Below, piece after piece: positions 26,745-39,789 of a DNA stretch of 64,000 bases (position 1 is the stretch's first letter; each line of letters opens with the position of its first letter). The position numbers and the translations under genes were made by a program. This DNA is from Rhodobiaceae bacterium. Its GTDB lineage: Bacteria; Pseudomonadota; Alphaproteobacteria; RS24. Below the pieces are notes generated by a model. The model was not told the DNA's origin and made no database searches. It saw only the letters and a list, made by a program, of their open reading frames with translations. The stretch covers positions 19,904 through 83,903 of the forward strand of contig JAHEIG010000001.1 of the NCBI GenBank assembly GCA_024639515.1, written 5' to 3'.

Positions 26745-27377
26745 ATGTCGCAAGATAATCGCCAAACAAGCCGCCCGCGCGCGCGTCACATCAGTCTGAT
26801 CATTGCCAGTTCCGGTCTTGTGGTGCTGCTGGCGCTATTGCTCATCGGCCAATTTCAGAACACCCCACAACCGACAGGCCGCGCCAATGTCGGCGGCGAC
26901 TTCAGCTTGGTCGATCAAAACGGCGTCACCCGCACGCAGGCCGATTTCGCTGGCAAATACACGCTGATTTATTTCGGCTTCACCTATTGCCCAGATGTCT
27001 GCCCGACGGCGCTTGAAATTATGGGCCGCGCTCTAGAAGAACTGGCACAACAAGCCCCCGATAAGGCGGCCGCCATTCAGCCTTTATTCATCTCGGTCGA
27101 CCCCGAACGCGACACGGTGGCGGCGATGGCTGAATATGTAAAATATTTCCATCCGCGTCTGGTCGGCCTCACTGGCTCGCCAGCGCAGATTCAGCAAGCC
27201 TTGCAGTCGTATAAAGTGTATGCGGCGCGCGTGGCAACAAATGACGACGCAGATTACACCATGGATCACAGCTCGCTGTTTTACCTGATGGATGGCGACA
27301 ATCAGTTCGTCCACCATTTCGACCACGCCCAAACACCGGCCAAAATGGCTGAGGGGCTGGCACAGCTCATCCCGTAA
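26745..27377 (+). CDS. senC: SCO1/SenC/PrrC family copper chaperone / thiol-disulfide oxidoreductase
   Basis: N-terminal TM anchor, the CPDVCP motif and a downstream His (MDHSS). Divergent from ank-regB-regA. Confidence 0.85.
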   Translation: MSQDNRQTSRPRARHISLIIASSGLVVLLALLLIGQFQNTPQPTGRANVGGDFSLVDQNGVTRTQADFAGKYTLIYFGFTYCPDVCPTALEIMGRALEELAQQAPDKAAAIQPLFISVDPERDTVAAMAEYVKYFHPRLVGLTGSPAQIQQALQSYKVYAARVATNDDADYTMDHSSLFYLMDGDNQFVHHFDHAQTPAKMAEGLAQLIP

Positions 27378-27382
27378 GCGTT

Positions 27383-29251
27383 TTATTTACCAAACAGCCA
27401 ATCGAATAGGCCGCCAATGCCGCGACGTATACCGCCGCCAGCAGGCAGGGCGACATCGTCCATCATGGATTTTTGCGTCAGCATAAATTCGCGCCAAATC
27501 TCCGCCGGTAGCCCGGCGCCGGAGACTTTATTCATCGGCGTGCCATCATCATTGCCGACCCAGACACCAGCGACCAGCGAGCCGCTATAGCCGACAAACC
27601 AAGCATCGCGCCAGTTTTGCGAGGTGCCGGTTTTGCCAGCCAAATCATAGCCCTTAATATTGGCCCGCCGCCCGGTGCCTTGCGCCATTGTGTAGCGCAG
27701 CATCTCATTCAAAGTGCCGATATGTTCGGGGTTGGCGACCGGCAAATCGCGCGACGGGGCGCGTTCATATAATATGGCGCCGCTGCCCGTGGTCACCGAA
27801 TTGATAATATAGGGAATGGTCTGGCGCCCGCCATTGGCGAAATGCGCATAGACGGTGGTCAGTTCCAACAAGTTCACTTCAAAACTGCCCAGTGCCAAAG
27901 AGGGGTGAGGCCGCAACCGGCTTTCAATCCCCAAGCGTCGCGCCAAATCAATCACATTGCGCCGACCGGTCTCCTCACTGACCTGCACCGCCACTGTGTT
28001 GAGCGATTTGGCCAGCGCTTGTTGCACCGTCACCTTACCGCGATACTCGCCATCATAATTGCGCGGCGACCACTCGCCAATCCACAGCGGCTCATCATTA
28101 TATTCATCGTCTGGTTTCACACCATTTTCTAAACCGGCGAGAAACACAATTGGCTTAAACGCCGAGCCGGGCTGACGATTGGCGAAAACCGCGCGGTTAA
28201 ACGGGCTACGTTCATAGGAACGCCCGCCGACCATGGCGCGAATGGCGCCATCGGGGGTCATCACCACCATCGCCGCTTGACCGGCATTGCGCATCTCGCC
28301 TTTGGCCGCCAGAACTTTGTTAATCGCCCGCTCCGCCGCCAGTTGCACAATAGGGTCAATCGTCGTGATGATGTCGAGGTCAGAGCGTGGCCGCCCAACA
28401 AAGCCGGGTAATTGGTCAATCGTCCAATCGACAGCGTAATGCGCCGCATCGCTGCTGCGATTGACAATCATCACCTGCTCATTGGCCACTTCTTGCGCTG
28501 CCGCCGCATCCAAAAAGCCGGTTTCATACATTGCGTTGATGACCAGCAAAGCGCGTTTGCGGGCGCCATCGGGGTTGCGGGTCGGGGCATAGCGCGACGG
28601 GGCTTTCAGCAGGCCCGCCAACATCGCCGCTTCACCGCGCGTCAGGCTTTGCGCTGGACGGTTGAAATAAGTCTCTGCCGCCGCCTTCACGCCATACGCA
28701 CCGGCGCCGAAATACACGCGGTTGAAATACAGTGTCAGAATTTCCTGCTTCGACAAGCGCGCCTCCATCCAGAAGGCTAAGAGCAGTTCTTGGATTTTCC
28801 GCTTAATCGTCCGGTCTGGTGTGAGAAACACGTTTTTGGCCAATTGCTGGGTCAGGGTCGAGCCGCCTTGCGTCACCCGACCGGCGCGCAGATTATTGAC
28901 CATGGCGCGGGCCAGCCCACGCGGGTCGAGCCCGTAATGATCGAAAAACCGCCGGTCTTCAATCGCCACCACTGCTTGCACCAAATGCTCGGGGAAATCG
29001 TCATAGCGCAAAGCCTGCCCGCCACGCCGCCCGCGCCGCGCCACCAACCGATCATCGACGCTGTAAATGCTAATCTCCGGCGATTGCGAGACTTTCCATA
29101 GATCGTCGGTATCCGGCAGGGTGAGGGCGTAATAAAACACCACACCAGCGACAGCAATGCCGGCCCACAAACCAAGCACAATGAGCCAGTAAACAAGGCG
29201 ATAAAGACCGCTTCTGGTTTTTGGCGACGTCTTGGCTATGGCGCTCTCCAT
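27383..29251 (-). CDS. Class A penicillin-binding protein (glycosyltransferase + transpeptidase)
   Basis: GT51 motifs (EDRRFFDHYG, GGSTLTQQLAKN, RKIQE) and transpeptidase motifs SAFKP, SLN, KTGT. N-terminal TM anchor. Confidence 0.85.
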   Translation of the reverse strand: MESAIAKTSPKTRSGLYRLVYWLIVLGLWAGIAVAGVVFYYALTLPDTDDLWKVSQSPEISIYSVDDRLVARRGRRGGQALRYDDFPEHLVQAVVAIEDRRFFDHYGLDPRGLARAMVNNLRAGRVTQGGSTLTQQLAKNVFLTPDRTIKRKIQELLLAFWMEARLSKQEILTLYFNRVYFGAGAYGVKAAAETYFNRPAQSLTRGEAAMLAGLLKAPSRYAPTRNPDGARKRALLVINAMYETGFLDAAAAQEVANEQVMIVNRSSDAAHYAVDWTIDQLPGFVGRPRSDLDIITTIDPIVQLAAERAINKVLAAKGEMRNAGQAAMVVMTPDGAIRAMVGGRSYERSPFNRAVFANRQPGSAFKPIVFLAGLENGVKPDDEYNDEPLWIGEWSPRNYDGEYRGKVTVQQALAKSLNTVAVQVSEETGRRNVIDLARRLGIESRLRPHPSLALGSFEVNLLELTTVYAHFANGGRQTIPYIINSVTTGSGAILYERAPSRDLPVANPEHIGTLNEMLRYTMAQGTGRRANIKGYDLAGKTGTSQNWRDAWFVGYSGSLVAGVWVGNDDGTPMNKVSGAGLPAEIWREFMLTQKSMMDDVALPAGGGIRRGIGGLFDWLFGK

Positions 29252-29292
29252 CTCAGTGCGATGTGGTGTCTCAATGCGATGCGCCGTCGCAT

Positions 29293-32900
<3,608 letters not shown>

Positions 32901-32956
32901 CGCTTTCCCCGTATTTAACTCAACACGCGTTTGCACCATTGGCACAGCTTCCGCCA

Positions 32957-34078
32957 TTACACGCGCATCGGCATCAGAACATACAGAGCGTTCGTGTCTT
33001 CATCATCGCGAACGATGGTCGGTGAACCGCTATCTGCCAGTTCAAATGTGGCGCTCTCGCCATCAAGCTGACCGGCGATTTCCATCAGATAGCGGGCGTT
33101 AAAGCCGATATCCATGGCGTCGGCGTCATAGCTGACGCTCAGTTCATCGGTGGCGCTGCCGCTGTCTGGGTTCGACACAGACAGGCTGAGCTGATCTTTT
33201 TCCAAAGCCAGTTTCACGGCCCGTGACTTCTCGCTTGAGATGGCCGAGACGCGGTCAACACTTTGGGCAAAGCTTTTGGCGTCGACGCCGAGCACTTTGT
33301 CATTATTGGTCGGAATAACCCGTGTGTAATCAGGGAATTTACCGTCAATCAGTTTCGAGGTCAGCACGATGTTTGAAAACGCGAAATTGATTTTCGTGTC
33401 AGACACTTGCAGCGACACTTCGCCGGTTTCTTCTTCCAGCAATTTCTGCACTTCACCGACGGTTTTGCGCGGCACGATAATTGACGGCATCTCGCCCGAG
33501 CCAACCGGCTGAGGCATTTGCACACGCGCCATACGGTGGCCATCTGTGGCCACGGCGCGCAACAGCGCGTCGCCATCTTCTTCCAGCGCGTGGAAATAAA
33601 TACCGTTTAGATAATAGCGGGTTTCTTCCTGCGAAATCGCAAAGCGGGTTTTTTCAATCAACCGACGTAACTCGCTGCCCAGCAGGGCAAAGCTGACCGG
33701 CATCTCGTCTTGCGCCATGGCAGGGAAATCTTCGCGCGGCAGGGTTTGCAGGGCAAAAGATGATTTGCCCGAGACCAAATTCAACCGGCCACCGCCATTG
33801 TCTTCGGTCGACAATTCAACTTGCGCACCATCCGGCAATTTGCGGACGATGTCATACAGCATATGGGCTGGCGCGGTAATCGCCCCCGGCTCAGCGACCT
33901 CGGCTTCGACGCGCTCACGCATTTCGATTTCAAGATCGGTCGAGGTCAGCCCCAACACGCCGTTTTCGGCGTCCAGCAACACATTTGATAGAATAGGGAT
34001 GGTATTGCGTCTCTCAACAACACTCTGGACATGATTGAGTGCCTTTAGCAGTGCACTGCGTTCGATTGTGGTTCTCAT
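32957..34078 (-). CDS. dnaN: DNA polymerase III beta sliding clamp
   Basis: 373 aa. N-terminus LLKALNHVQSVVERRNTIPILSNVLL and C-terminal LMPMRV are typical of DnaN. Confidence 0.95.
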   Translation of the reverse strand: MRTTIERSALLKALNHVQSVVERRNTIPILSNVLLDAENGVLGLTSTDLEIEMRERVEAEVAEPGAITAPAHMLYDIVRKLPDGAQVELSTEDNGGGRLNLVSGKSSFALQTLPREDFPAMAQDEMPVSFALLGSELRRLIEKTRFAISQEETRYYLNGIYFHALEEDGDALLRAVATDGHRMARVQMPQPVGSGEMPSIIVPRKTVGEVQKLLEEETGEVSLQVSDTKINFAFSNIVLTSKLIDGKFPDYTRVIPTNNDKVLGVDAKSFAQSVDRVSAISSEKSRAVKLALEKDQLSLSVSNPDSGSATDELSVSYDADAMDIGFNARYLMEIAGQLDGESATFELADSGSPTIVRDDEDTNALYVLMPMRV

Positions 34079-34118
34079 GCGACCCTCTCTAGGCTGGATA
34101 GCGACCGAAACAGGCCGC

Positions 34119-34127
34119 TGTGGCTAA
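34119..34127. promoter_or_regulatory. DnaA-box-like nonamer in the dnaA-dnaN spacer
   Basis: TGTGGCTAA matches TGTGGATAA (complement of TTATCCACA) at 8 of 9 positions. A single site only. Confidence 0.3.
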
Positions 34128-34273
34128 CGCGACAATGTTCTCCTCAACCGGTTCTGACGGCCAACATAACGGCGCGAATCAGTCGTGCTGATTTGAACGA
34201 ATCTCTAGCAAAAACTATAGCAGAATTGCGCCCTCACGGGACTTTTTTTTGCCTTAAACAGCGGTCGGAAAGC

Positions 34274-35806
34274 CTAGTTTTCCAGCATCCGGCGCAGCAA
34301 ATCGACATCTTCGTCAAGCGCCGGATCTTCCTCGCGCAATTGCTCGATTTTTCGCACAGCATGGATCACTGTTGTGTGGTCTCGACCGCCAAATTTGCGG
34401 CCAATCTCAGGCAGCGAGCGGGTGGTCAGCTGTTTCGACAAATACATCGCAATCTGGCGTGGACGCGCCACCGAACGGGCCCGGCGGGCCGATAGCATAT
34501 CGCCCATTTTGACGTTGAAATATTCCGCCACACGACGCTGAATCTCGTCAATCGTCACACGGCGCTCAGACGCCCGCAACAAATCGCGTAACACGTCTTG
34601 TGCCATTTCCAGTGAAATCGGGCGGCCAACGAAAGAGGCATAGGCCACCACGCGGTTCAGCGCACCTTCCAATTCACGGATATTGCTGACAATGCGTTGC
34701 GCCAAAAACTCAAGAACCGGTTGCGGCGTTACCGCGTTTTCGGCCCGAGCTGACAGCGCATCGGCTTTTGACTGCAAAATGCCTAGGCGCAATTCGTAAT
34801 CGGTTGGGTGAATATCAGCCACCAGACCCCAGCCAAGGCGCGAGCGGATACGCTCCTCAATGCCTTCCAAATCGGTCGGCGAGCGATCGGCAGAAATAAT
34901 CACCTGACGGTTATGATCAATCAGCGCATTAAATGTATGGAAGAATTCTTCCTGCGTAGAGTCTTTACCAGCGATGAATTGAATATCGTCAATCATCAGC
35001 ACATCGACTTCACGGAATTGCTGTTTGAAGGCCATGGTATCTTTGAATCGCAAAGCGCGGATGAATTGATACATGAATTTTTCAGCCGAGAGATACAGCA
35101 CTGTGCGCTCTGGGTCCTGACGGCGAATTTCCCAGGCAATGGCGTGCATCAAATGGGTTTTACCCAGACCCACACCGCCATACAGAAATAATGGATTAAA
35201 CGCCACATCACCGGAGCGCGTCAGACGCTGCGCGGCGGCATGGGCCAGTTCGTTGGATTTACCAACCACGAAATTATCAAATGTAAAACGCGGGTCCAGC
35301 GGCGCGCCGAGGTCGTCGCGCAATGGTTGCGGTTCGGCCACAGGCGGAGCCGGTGGGCGCGGTGCCGTGGTCGCGGCCAAACTTGGCGGCATCATCCGGC
35401 TTGGCATGGCTTTTTGCTCACGCGGCTGTGGCGCGTCGGCGGCGGGTGTCCATTCGGCCTGCATCTCAATATCGATGCGCTTGACGCTGGCATCTTCGGC
35501 CTGCCAATGGCTCCGGATGCGGGTCAAATAATGCGCTTCAATCCAGCTTCGAACAAAACCGGTCGGCACACGCAAGGTCACGCGGCCACGTTGGGCGCCA
35601 GACACTTCGAGCTGTTTGAACCAGCTATTAAAAGTGGCCTCGCCCAGCTCAGCCCGCAGGCGCGAGCGCACACGGCCCCATTGCTCTTGTAATTCTGTTG
35701 ATGGCACAGGGTTTGCCGATTTGGGGGTTGCAGCTTGGCCGTTCGCTTCGGACAAGGTTTCCGCATCTTTATTGGTGGATATCGCCTTGCCGTCTTGATC
35801 GCCCAT
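34274..35806 (-). CDS. dnaA: Chromosomal replication initiator DnaA
   Basis: AAA+ Walker A GGVGLGKTHLMHA, Walker B MIDDIQF, and the domain IV HTTV motif (GGRDHTTVIHA). AAGAGG RBS. Confidence 0.97.
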   Translation of the reverse strand: MGDQDGKAISTNKDAETLSEANGQAATPKSANPVPSTELQEQWGRVRSRLRAELGEATFNSWFKQLEVSGAQRGRVTLRVPTGFVRSWIEAHYLTRIRSHWQAEDASVKRIDIEMQAEWTPAADAPQPREQKAMPSRMMPPSLAATTAPRPPAPPVAEPQPLRDDLGAPLDPRFTFDNFVVGKSNELAHAAAQRLTRSGDVAFNPLFLYGGVGLGKTHLMHAIAWEIRRQDPERTVLYLSAEKFMYQFIRALRFKDTMAFKQQFREVDVLMIDDIQFIAGKDSTQEEFFHTFNALIDHNRQVIISADRSPTDLEGIEERIRSRLGWGLVADIHPTDYELRLGILQSKADALSARAENAVTPQPVLEFLAQRIVSNIRELEGALNRVVAYASFVGRPISLEMAQDVLRDLLRASERRVTIDEIQRRVAEYFNVKMGDMLSARRARSVARPRQIAMYLSKQLTTRSLPEIGRKFGGRDHTTVIHAVRKIEQLREEDPALDEDVDLLRRMLEN

Positions 35807-35891
35807 TTTTGTAACCTCTTTTACACTCTACAGTGGGCCGCATGTGGTCCCGCCGCGTTCAAATTTCAATAAGGGCAGTGATGCCCATCCC

Positions 35892-35919
35892 GTATAGATC
35901 GTCGTGCTCTCTGGTGAAG
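35892..35919 (-). promoter_or_regulatory. Promoter candidate for dnaA
   Basis: On the minus strand: CTTCAC, a 16-nt spacer, CTATAC. About 90 nt upstream of the dnaA ATG. A TGTGG pentamer abuts the -35. Confidence 0.3.
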
Positions 35920-36248
35920 CCACACCCCCAAGATGTGTTGTCTTCAAGCCCTCACAGATTGCCGTCGCACAGTCCAATATTCCCAAACATCGACTAAAAG
36001 CTGTTCCCGACGCACCTAAATTTTACAGACTGGGCGACTTGACCTTCCCCCTTTAGCCTACAACTTTGTTTTCTTTAAGATTTTCTGAGACCCTCTTAAA
36101 TGACGTCAGAAAAGCGCGGAGAGAACAAGTTGTTTGACTGAAAAGACGATACAAATAAGGCGTCACCAGCGCAACGGGAAGGAAACAAGAACAGCAAGAA
36201 ATTATGAAAAAAGTGACGTTTTTTTTGACAGGGCGACACAGCGGTCAC

Positions 36249-36275
36249 AAAAAAAGGCGCTCACCAAGGAGCGCC
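36249..36275 (-). terminator. Intrinsic terminator of rpsT
   Basis: On the minus strand: GGCGCTC-CTTGGT-GAGCGCC followed by TTTTTTT. Starts 28 nt after the rpsT stop. Confidence 0.7.
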
Positions 36276-36303
36276 ATTTTCACATTTTATGGTTTCGCGA
36301 TGA

Positions 36304-36567
36304 CTAGCTGACAGCTGCCACACGTTTTGCCAGACGCGATACTTTGCGTGAGGCGGCGCGCTTGTGCACCAGACCTTTGCGACCGGCTTTGGCGATCAAT
36401 GGCTGGGCATTTTTCAAAGCTTCTTGCGCTGCTTCTTTATTGCCACTGGCAATCGCTTCTTCGACAGTGCGAATAGAAGAACGCATCCGCGTACGCTGAT
36501 CGCGGTTGATAGCTGTGCGGCGCGCAATTTTGCGGACCATTTTCTTGGCTGAACTTGTGTTGGCCAT
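36304..36567 (-). CDS. rpsT: 30S ribosomal protein S20
   Basis: 87 aa, [30 protein letters not shown], a typical S20. Confidence 0.95.
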   Translation of the reverse strand: MANTSSAKKMVRKIARRTAINRDQRTRMRSSIRTVEEAIASGNKEAAQEALKNAQPLIAKAGRKGLVHKRAASRKVSRLAKRVAAVS

Positions 36568-36626
36568 AATATCTTTCCTGTTTCTTTAGAAACTCATAAC
36601 GTCAGGCTGAAGCCTGTAGTTGGCGC

Positions 36627-36655
36627 GTTATAAGACGCGCAAGTGCACAGGTCAA
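36627..36655 (-). promoter_or_regulatory. Promoter candidate for rpsT
   Basis: On the minus strand: TTGACC, a 17-nt spacer, TATAAC. About 60 nt upstream of the rpsT ATG. Confidence 0.5.
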
Positions 36656-36678
36656 CAGCCAATCGCGCCTTTTACAGC

Positions 36679-37455
36679 CTATTTATTGCTGAATTTAGGC
36701 GCCCGTTTATCAATAAACGCCTGCATCCCCTCGGTTTGGTCTTCAAAAGCGAAAAGCGAGTGGAAAACCCGCCGCTCAAAATGCACCCCTTCGCGCAAGG
36801 TCATCTCATAGGCGGCGTCGACGCACTCTTTGGCAATCAACACAGATGGGCGCGATTTCTCGGCAATCTTCTCGGCCACCTCAACCGCTTCATCAAGCAA
36901 ATCATCGGCAGGCACGATGCGGCTGACGAGGCCAACGCGCTCGGCTTCTTCGGCATCCATCATGCGCCCTGTCAGGCACATTTCCATGGCTTTTGATTTG
37001 CCGACCAGACGGGTCAGGCGCTGTGTACCACCGGCCCCTGGAATAACCCCAAGGTTGATTTCCGGTTGGCCAAATTTGGCGGTGTCGGCGGCGATGATAA
37101 AGTCGCACATCATCGCCAGTTCGCAGCCGCCGCCCAACGCATAACCAGCAACCGCGGCGATAATCGGTTTGCGGGCACGCGCTGCAGCTTCCCAATTGGC
37201 GGTGATGAAATCCATCCGCATGGCATCGGCATAAGACTTGCCAGCCATCTCTTTAATATCGGCACCGGCGGCAAACGCCTTGGCCGAGCCGGTTAACACC
37301 ATGCAGCCAATATTATCGTCGGCTTCAAAGCTTTCAATGGCGTGGGTCACCTCATCCATCAAGTCATTGCACAGCGCGTTCAAGGCTTGCGGGCGATGCA
37401 GCGTGATAATGCCAATGGCGTCACGGGTTTCGGTTAGAATATTTTCATATTTCAT
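36679..37455 (-). CDS. Enoyl-CoA hydratase (crotonase family)
   Basis: 258 aa. [26 protein letters not shown] and the FGQPEINLG motifs. Confidence 0.9.
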   Translation of the reverse strand: MKYENILTETRDAIGIITLHRPQALNALCNDLMDEVTHAIESFEADDNIGCMVLTGSAKAFAAGADIKEMAGKSYADAMRMDFITANWEAAARARKPIIAAVAGYALGGGCELAMMCDFIIAADTAKFGQPEINLGVIPGAGGTQRLTRLVGKSKAMEMCLTGRMMDAEEAERVGLVSRIVPADDLLDEAVEVAEKIAEKSRPSVLIAKECVDAAYEMTLREGVHFERRVFHSLFAFEDQTEGMQAFIDKRAPKFSNK

Positions 37456-37536
37456 GGTTCTGTTCCCTCATATCATCTGCTGAGAGGCGGTGTTCGCGCC
37501 CGAAAATCAGATGACATACTCCCTATTTCATAAGTC

Positions 37537-37956
37537 CTATGGTGTCGGGTTGAGGTCAAAAATGACCTGATCCCCATCTACCGTTATACGCAACATTTCG
37601 CTTTCGCGTTTGAAAGTCAAGCTGTCATCGGCGGCCTCTTGTTGCTGCCAACCGAGATTTGGCAAAGCCTGCTGATAGAAACCCAAGACCTGCGCCGCCG
37701 AAACTTGTTTTTGTGGGTCGCTGGCGGTGATGCGGATAATCCGCCCTTGCGGTTTATCAAATAAAACCGGCCCGTCAGCGCTTTCTTGCAAGCCCGGCAG
37801 TAGCGGAATATCGCGCGCTGCTGATAAATAATTATCCGGCGCTGCAATGGCACCACTGGCCAAGACGCAGGCGATGCAACCGGCCAGCAGGGCCGATAAG
37901 CGGCTGACTGCCTGACGGCGTCGGGCGCTTGTGCGATGTCGCGTCTTATCTATCAT
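37537..37956 (-). CDS. Hypothetical lipoprotein
   Basis: 139 aa. Basic N-region, then an LLAGC lipobox-like sequence. No family recognised. Confidence 0.5.
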   Translation of the reverse strand: MIDKTRHRTSARRRQAVSRLSALLAGCIACVLASGAIAAPDNYLSAARDIPLLPGLQESADGPVLFDKPQGRIIRITASDPQKQVSAAQVLGFYQQALPNLGWQQQEAADDSLTFKRESEMLRITVDGDQVIFDLNPTP

Positions 37957-37978
37957 CTCTTATACCCGCCTTATGTTT

Positions 37979-38866
37979 TCATCTCTGACACGCAGAACAA
38001 AAGAAACTTGAACGCCCTGACTGCACGATGCGTTTCACGCTAGCATGGCAGCCATCGCTCGAACAAGTTTCACCCTCACGGTCATAGACACGAAACTGGT
38101 GTTGAAAATATCCCAACTGGCCATCGCTGGCGGCGAAATCGCGTAGCGTCGAGCCACCGGCTTCAATGGCGGCTTGCAAGACCGTGCGGATGGCGGGCAC
38201 CAAGCGCTCAAGCCGCGCCCGCCCGACATTGCAGGCCAGACGCCGTGGGCTGATGCCCGACATATAAAGCGCCTCGCAGACATAGATATTGCCCAAGCCC
38301 GACACCACGGTCTGATCTAACAGGACATTTTTAATCGGGCTTTTGCGGCCCTGACAGGCGGCATAGAGCATCGCCGCATCAAACCCATTGCCCAAAGGCT
38401 CCGGCCCCAAATGTGCCAAAAACGACGACGCCTCGGGTGCCCCGTCGACCAAATCCATAAACCCGAAGCGGCGCGGGTCGGCATAGGTCAGCACCGCGCC
38501 GTCATCCAGCGTCAGGCGCACATGCACATGTTTTTCGGCTGTCTCGGCTGACACATCATGGGCATATTGGCCCGGCTCCATATTGCCGCCATCTGGCTGA
38601 TACAACATATAGCGGCCGGTCATGCCGAGATGGCTAAGCCAATAAAGCGGTGCTTCAGAGTTTTGCGGGGCGTGCAGCTCGGCCAGCAAATATTTGGCGC
38701 GACGGGTGAAATGGGCAATCCGCATGCCGGTCATCCGGCGGGCGAAATTATCGGGAAAAGGAAACCGCAAATCTTTGCGGTTCAGCGTCACATCGACAAT
38801 CTGGCGACCTTCAATGTGAGAGGCTAATCCGCGACGAACAGTTTCAACTTCGGGCAACTCTGGCAT
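37979..38866 (-). CDS. mutM: Formamidopyrimidine-DNA glycosylase
   Basis: MPELPEVETVRRGL N-terminus and a C-terminal CxxC...CxxC zinc finger (CSSDGC...FFCSACQ). Confidence 0.95.
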   Translation of the reverse strand: MPELPEVETVRRGLASHIEGRQIVDVTLNRKDLRFPFPDNFARRMTGMRIAHFTRRAKYLLAELHAPQNSEAPLYWLSHLGMTGRYMLYQPDGGNMEPGQYAHDVSAETAEKHVHVRLTLDDGAVLTYADPRRFGFMDLVDGAPEASSFLAHLGPEPLGNGFDAAMLYAACQGRKSPIKNVLLDQTVVSGLGNIYVCEALYMSGISPRRLACNVGRARLERLVPAIRTVLQAAIEAGGSTLRDFAASDGQLGYFQHQFRVYDREGETCSSDGCHASVKRIVQSGRSSFFCSACQR

Positions 38867-39015
38867 GGCGCCATCATATATCAGCGCGGTGAAAACACCA
38901 GCGATACGAATGGGCTGGGCAAGCGTGATAATCCGGCTATATGTCGCACAGACATAGCGAGGCTTTCATTAGGGCCAGCTTTCGGCTATCGTCGCCACGA
39001 TAAATCGGGTGAGTT

Positions 39016-39786
39016 ATGAACGCTTCAGAAGAAACAACGAGTTTTGGCTTCAAAAACGTCAATGTCGAAGAAAAACAAGGGCTTGTGCGCGGCGTCTTTG
39101 ACGCGGTGGCAGATAAATACGACCTGATGAATGACCTAATGTCAGCCGGTCTGCACCGCGTGTGGAAGCAACGCCTGATTGATACACTCCATATACGCCC
39201 GAATGCCAGCCAACAGCTGCGCCTCGTCGATATGGCTGGCGGCACTGGCGACATTGCCTTTCGGGCCTGCCAACGGGCGCAAAAATGTGGCTCGCGCATG
39301 TCGGTGCAAGTGGTTGATGCCAATGAGCAAATGGTCAGTGTCGGGCGCAATCGCGCCGAGGCCGCCAATATCACGGCGGTTGATTTCCTCACCGGCACCG
39401 CCGAGGCTCTGCCGCTGGTCGACAACAGCGTTGATTATGTCACCATCGCTTTTGGTATCCGCAATGTGACGCATCGCGACCGCGCCTTGGCCGAGGCCTA
39501 TCGGGTGCTGAAACCGGGCGGGCGTTTTGTCTGTCTCGAATTCTCGCATCTGCCATCGGCGACGGCACAGAAACTTTATGACGCTTATTCGTTCAATGTC
39601 ATCCCGCCGATGGGCAAAGCAATTACCGGCGATGCCTCGGCCTATCAATATCTCGTCGAGTCGATCCGGCAATTCCCCAAGCCCGGGGCGTTTCAGGCCG
39701 AGATTGAAGCAGCCAGTTTCGAGCGCTGCAAATTCCAGCGCCTCAGCGGCGGCATTGCGGCCCTGCATACAGGCTGGCGGATATAG
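39016..39786 (+). CDS. ubiE: Ubiquinone/menaquinone biosynthesis C-methyltransferase UbiE
   Basis: FGFKNV...KQGLVRGVFDAVADKYDLMNDLMS, the SAM motif DMAGGTGDIAF, and FGIRNVT. Confidence 0.92.
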   Translation: MNASEETTSFGFKNVNVEEKQGLVRGVFDAVADKYDLMNDLMSAGLHRVWKQRLIDTLHIRPNASQQLRLVDMAGGTGDIAFRACQRAQKCGSRMSVQVVDANEQMVSVGRNRAEAANITAVDFLTGTAEALPLVDNSVDYVTIAFGIRNVTHRDRALAEAYRVLKPGGRFVCLEFSHLPSATAQKLYDAYSFNVIPPMGKAITGDASAYQYLVESIRQFPKPGAFQAEIEAASFERCKFQRLSGGIAALHTGWRI

Positions 39787-39789
39787 CTC

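Noticed and set aside
35807-36303. oriC next to dnaA
   Set aside because: I could find no cluster of DnaA boxes (no 8/9 or better TTATCCACA match), no CtrA TTAA-N7-TTAA sites and no GANTC sites in the spacer. Alphaproteobacterial origins are often not adjacent to dnaA. I cannot compute GC skew here, so this stays unproven either way.
36575-36592. Half-ICE TTTAGAA in the rpsT 5' UTR
   Set aside because: Only one half-site matches. The second half (CATAACG) does not resemble TTCTAAA, so this is probably chance.
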